Source of the DNA: a virus
Taxonomy: Duplodnaviria > Caudoviricetes
IMG/VR virus record: IMGVR_UViG_3300007513_000185
Span: 1-25,500 of that record
Strand: one strand, 5' to 3'
Length of the DNA: 25,500 nt
Shown: in pieces, positions 23,631-25,500 of the stretch
How positions within the stretch are numbered: the first letter of the stretch is position 1
Layout of the letters: every line of letters begins with the position of its first letter
Notes under the pieces: model-generated
Told to the model about the DNA's origin: nothing
Database searches by the model: none
Seen by the model: the letters and a program-made list of their open reading frames with translations, nothing else
Position numbers and translations under genes: made by a program

Positions 23631-25500
23631 TGGAGGTCAATCTCCTCGCCTTCCAACTCCCACTCATAGACCTCGATCCGCCCGCCCATGGGGACGGCGT
23701 CGGCGCTACTCGCAGATGCGTACCCGGTGTCGGAAATACGCACCCGGAAGGACCGGCCAAGGCCTCCTACGCCAATCAACTTGTACGTCTCGGAGGCCGT
23801 CCATGTGTCGATGTACTCTGTCGCAGCGGCGTTCCACGCAGAGTCCCTCGCGGGCTTCTCCGCCGCGACCTGAACACGGATCCGGTTCCCGTCGAGCGAC
23901 GAGGACCCAGCCAGCCGCAGCCAGTGAATCTTCTTCGCCATCATCGGGTTCCCGAAGTCCGCGACGAAGTCCGCGTACCACTGGATGCCACCGACCACGT
24001 AGATGTCGCCCGCCGCAGGCTCAACGCCGTCCTTGTTGTCGTACAAGTACAGCGTCGTAGAGGTGCTCTTGCGGATGCGGCTGGAGCGCATGACATTGGC
24101 AGAGATGTCGTACCAGTAGAGGTACAGGCCCTTCAGAGCCGTCGTGGAAAACGACGCGGCGGTGTCTACGAGCGTGTCGTCGCTTCCCCCCGTAGCCACC
24201 CCGAAGACCACATCGGCCAGCCCGTCAAAGTCGCCCTCGTCTACTTTGCACAGATAGCCCCTGATGCCCGCGTACAGGTCCACGTCGTCGTTCCCGTCCT
24301 CGACCTCGGACATCGCGTCGATGTCCATGCCGGAGTAGCGAGACCAAGTGCCGGTCTCCAAGTCGAACACGAGCTGCATCGTGTTGCGCGTGTCTCCTGA
24401 CGGGGTCGCGGAGAGCCAGACCTGGCGCCGCGTCCGGTTGATCTGGAGCGCGGCGGAACTGAGCCGCGACCGCTGAAGCGCCGTGCGGACAGTGTCTTGG
24501 ATAGACGGACGGTCGGCGCTATTGGGCGAGGAGATGTTCAGGGGCTGCCCGCCGTCCCACAGGTTCACATCGCGCTCGCCCAAGTAGGCAAGAATCCCGT
24601 CAAACTCTGTGACCGCTTGCGGCCCGACCGCACCGTGGTCACGCGAGACAACCTGGACAGAAAACGGTGTGTCGGACAGGCCACTCGCTGTGAGCTGGAC
24701 CTTGCCGTCCCGCATCATCACAACCATGCGGTTCAGCAAGCGAGCGAAGCCTGTGATCTTGTCGCCAGTGTCCTGGTCTAACCCCAAATACGCGGTGCCG
24801 TCGAACGAGTCTGGCGTCAACACGCCAGAATAATGCACGCGATTCGGGGTGAGTGGGCTACCCGAAACCCACAGCCGATCCTTGAACGACTTCACAAGAG
24901 ATCCGGCAGGGGCCTCTGTGTTCACGTTGAAGTCCGCGATGGATACGGCGGTCGTGGTGTCGGGGAACGTGTAAATGCCGGCGGCGTACGACGTGGAGAC
25001 ATTGTCCTCCACCGTGACCGCAAGATAGATGGGCGCGGCGTTCTCCGTGGCCCCGGCAGTCGATATGTAGATCCTGCGACGGTTCACCTGAGGGTCGGTG
25101 CTGACGGGCAGGTTGATTGACCCGACCGCATCGTCACTGCCACTAATCGTCACCGGGTGACCCGGGCTAGGGTTTGACTCCGTGCCGGTCTCCGCGTTCA
25201 CGTAGGTGCAGTAAATGTAGTAGGTGCCGTCTGGGATCGACCCGCTGGCGTGGTTGTCTGCGCTTGCAGACGGGGCCGTCAGTGGCGCCTTGATGCCGAC
25301 CCAGTCCAGGTATCGCCCGTCGTACTTCCGAGGCCGGAACCCGTTCTCCCTGCCGATGTAGACCGTAGACCCGAGCTGGGTGAACGTGGCCTTTCCACCC
25401 TTGTGGATATTCCCCGCCACGGGGTACATGTCCGCATTGCCAACGCCCTTGGCTAAGTTCCGGGCCTCGTAAAGCGTCGTGCCCGAGAGGACGAGAAGCG
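23627..25500 (-). CDS. Tail hub / nozzle protein (P22 gp10 / T7 gp12-like beta-propeller), 5' end outside window
   Basis: The frame stays open upstream of Met 25429 to the window end (…LLVLSGTTLYEARN…). FKDRLWV…NRVHYS…PDSF, GDKITGF, HGAVGPQAV, LVFDLETGTWSRY. Confidence 0.85.
   Translation of the reverse strand, partial: LLVLSGTTLYEARNLAKGVGNADMYPVAGNIHKGGKATFTQLGSTVYIGRENGFRPRKYDGRYLDWVGIKAPLTAPSASADNHASGSIPDGTYYIYCTYVNAETGTESNPSPGHPVTISGSDDAVGSINLPVSTDPQVNRRRIYISTAGATENAAPIYLAVTVEDNVSTSYAAGIYTFPDTTTAVSIADFNVNTEAPAGSLVKSFKDRLWVSGSPLTPNRVHYSGVLTPDSFDGTAYLGLDQDTGDKITGFARLLNRMVVMMRDGKVQLTASGLSDTPFSVQVVSRDHGAVGPQAVTEFDGILAYLGERDVNLWDGGQPLNISSPNSADRPSIQDTVRTALQRSRLSSAALQINRTRRQVWLSATPSGDTRNTMQLVFDLETGTWSRYSGMDIDAMSEVEDGNDDVDLYAGIRGYLCKVDEGDFDGLADVVFGVATGGSDDTLVDTAASFSTTALKGLYLYWYDISANVMRSSRIRKSTSTTLYLYDNKDGVEPAAGDIYVVGGIQWYADFVADFGNPMMAKKIHWLRLAGSSSLDGNRIRVQVAAEKPARDSAWNAAATEYIDTWTASETYKLIGVGGLGRSFRVRISDTGYASASSADAVPMGGRIEVYEWELEGEEIDLQ

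Larger units (their letters stand above)
1..25500. mobile_element. Tailed phage or prophage (podovirus-like), partial
   Basis: Exo/RecT, replication, lysis, ejection and tail modules in phage order; no host housekeeping genes except the YtxJ-like fragment. Confidence 0.92.

Noticed and set aside
13737-25456. Many plus-strand ORFs across the late region
   Set aside because: Expected GC-rich shadow frames opposite a tightly coupled minus-strand operon; no motifs recognised.
1-25500. tRNA, rRNA, reverse transcriptase/DGR, IS transposase
   Set aside because: No cloverleaf, RT motif, long template/variable repeat pair or transposase motif found by eye; a covariance-model scan would be needed to exclude small RNAs.

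Overview
A GC-rich tailed-phage or prophage segment with podovirus-like gene order and probably a diderm host (overlapping spanin-like pair). Left to right: (1) a leftward accessory block (1-2189) with a Cys-rich phage protein cut by the window edge, two tiny membrane peptides, and a phage ORF fused in frame to a complete YtxJ-like bacterial thioredoxin-fold gene; (2) a rightward Zn-finger / HTH / small serine recombinase operon ending at a strong terminator; (3) a leftward replication and DNA-modification operon: initiator-like protein, loader-like protein, TGT/DpdA-like transglycosylase, QueD, an apparently internally deleted C5 DNA methyltransferase remnant, and a PD-(D/E)xK-like nuclease; (4) a divergent control region with five copies of a 13-bp motif, four of them in two palindromes next to the predicted promoters; (5) a rightward HTH / YqaJ exonuclease / RecT module; (6) a long leftward late operon: tail hub (partial), fibre-like protein, GNAT, ejection proteins including a 1729-aa protein, holin/spanin-like genes with no visible endolysin, a metallophosphoesterase and several low-complexity proteins. 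The best candidate for an undescribed system is the minimal DpdA-like + QueD 7-deazaguanine module coupled to a collapsed cytosine methyltransferase. All calls come from motif recognition by eye; no searches were run.
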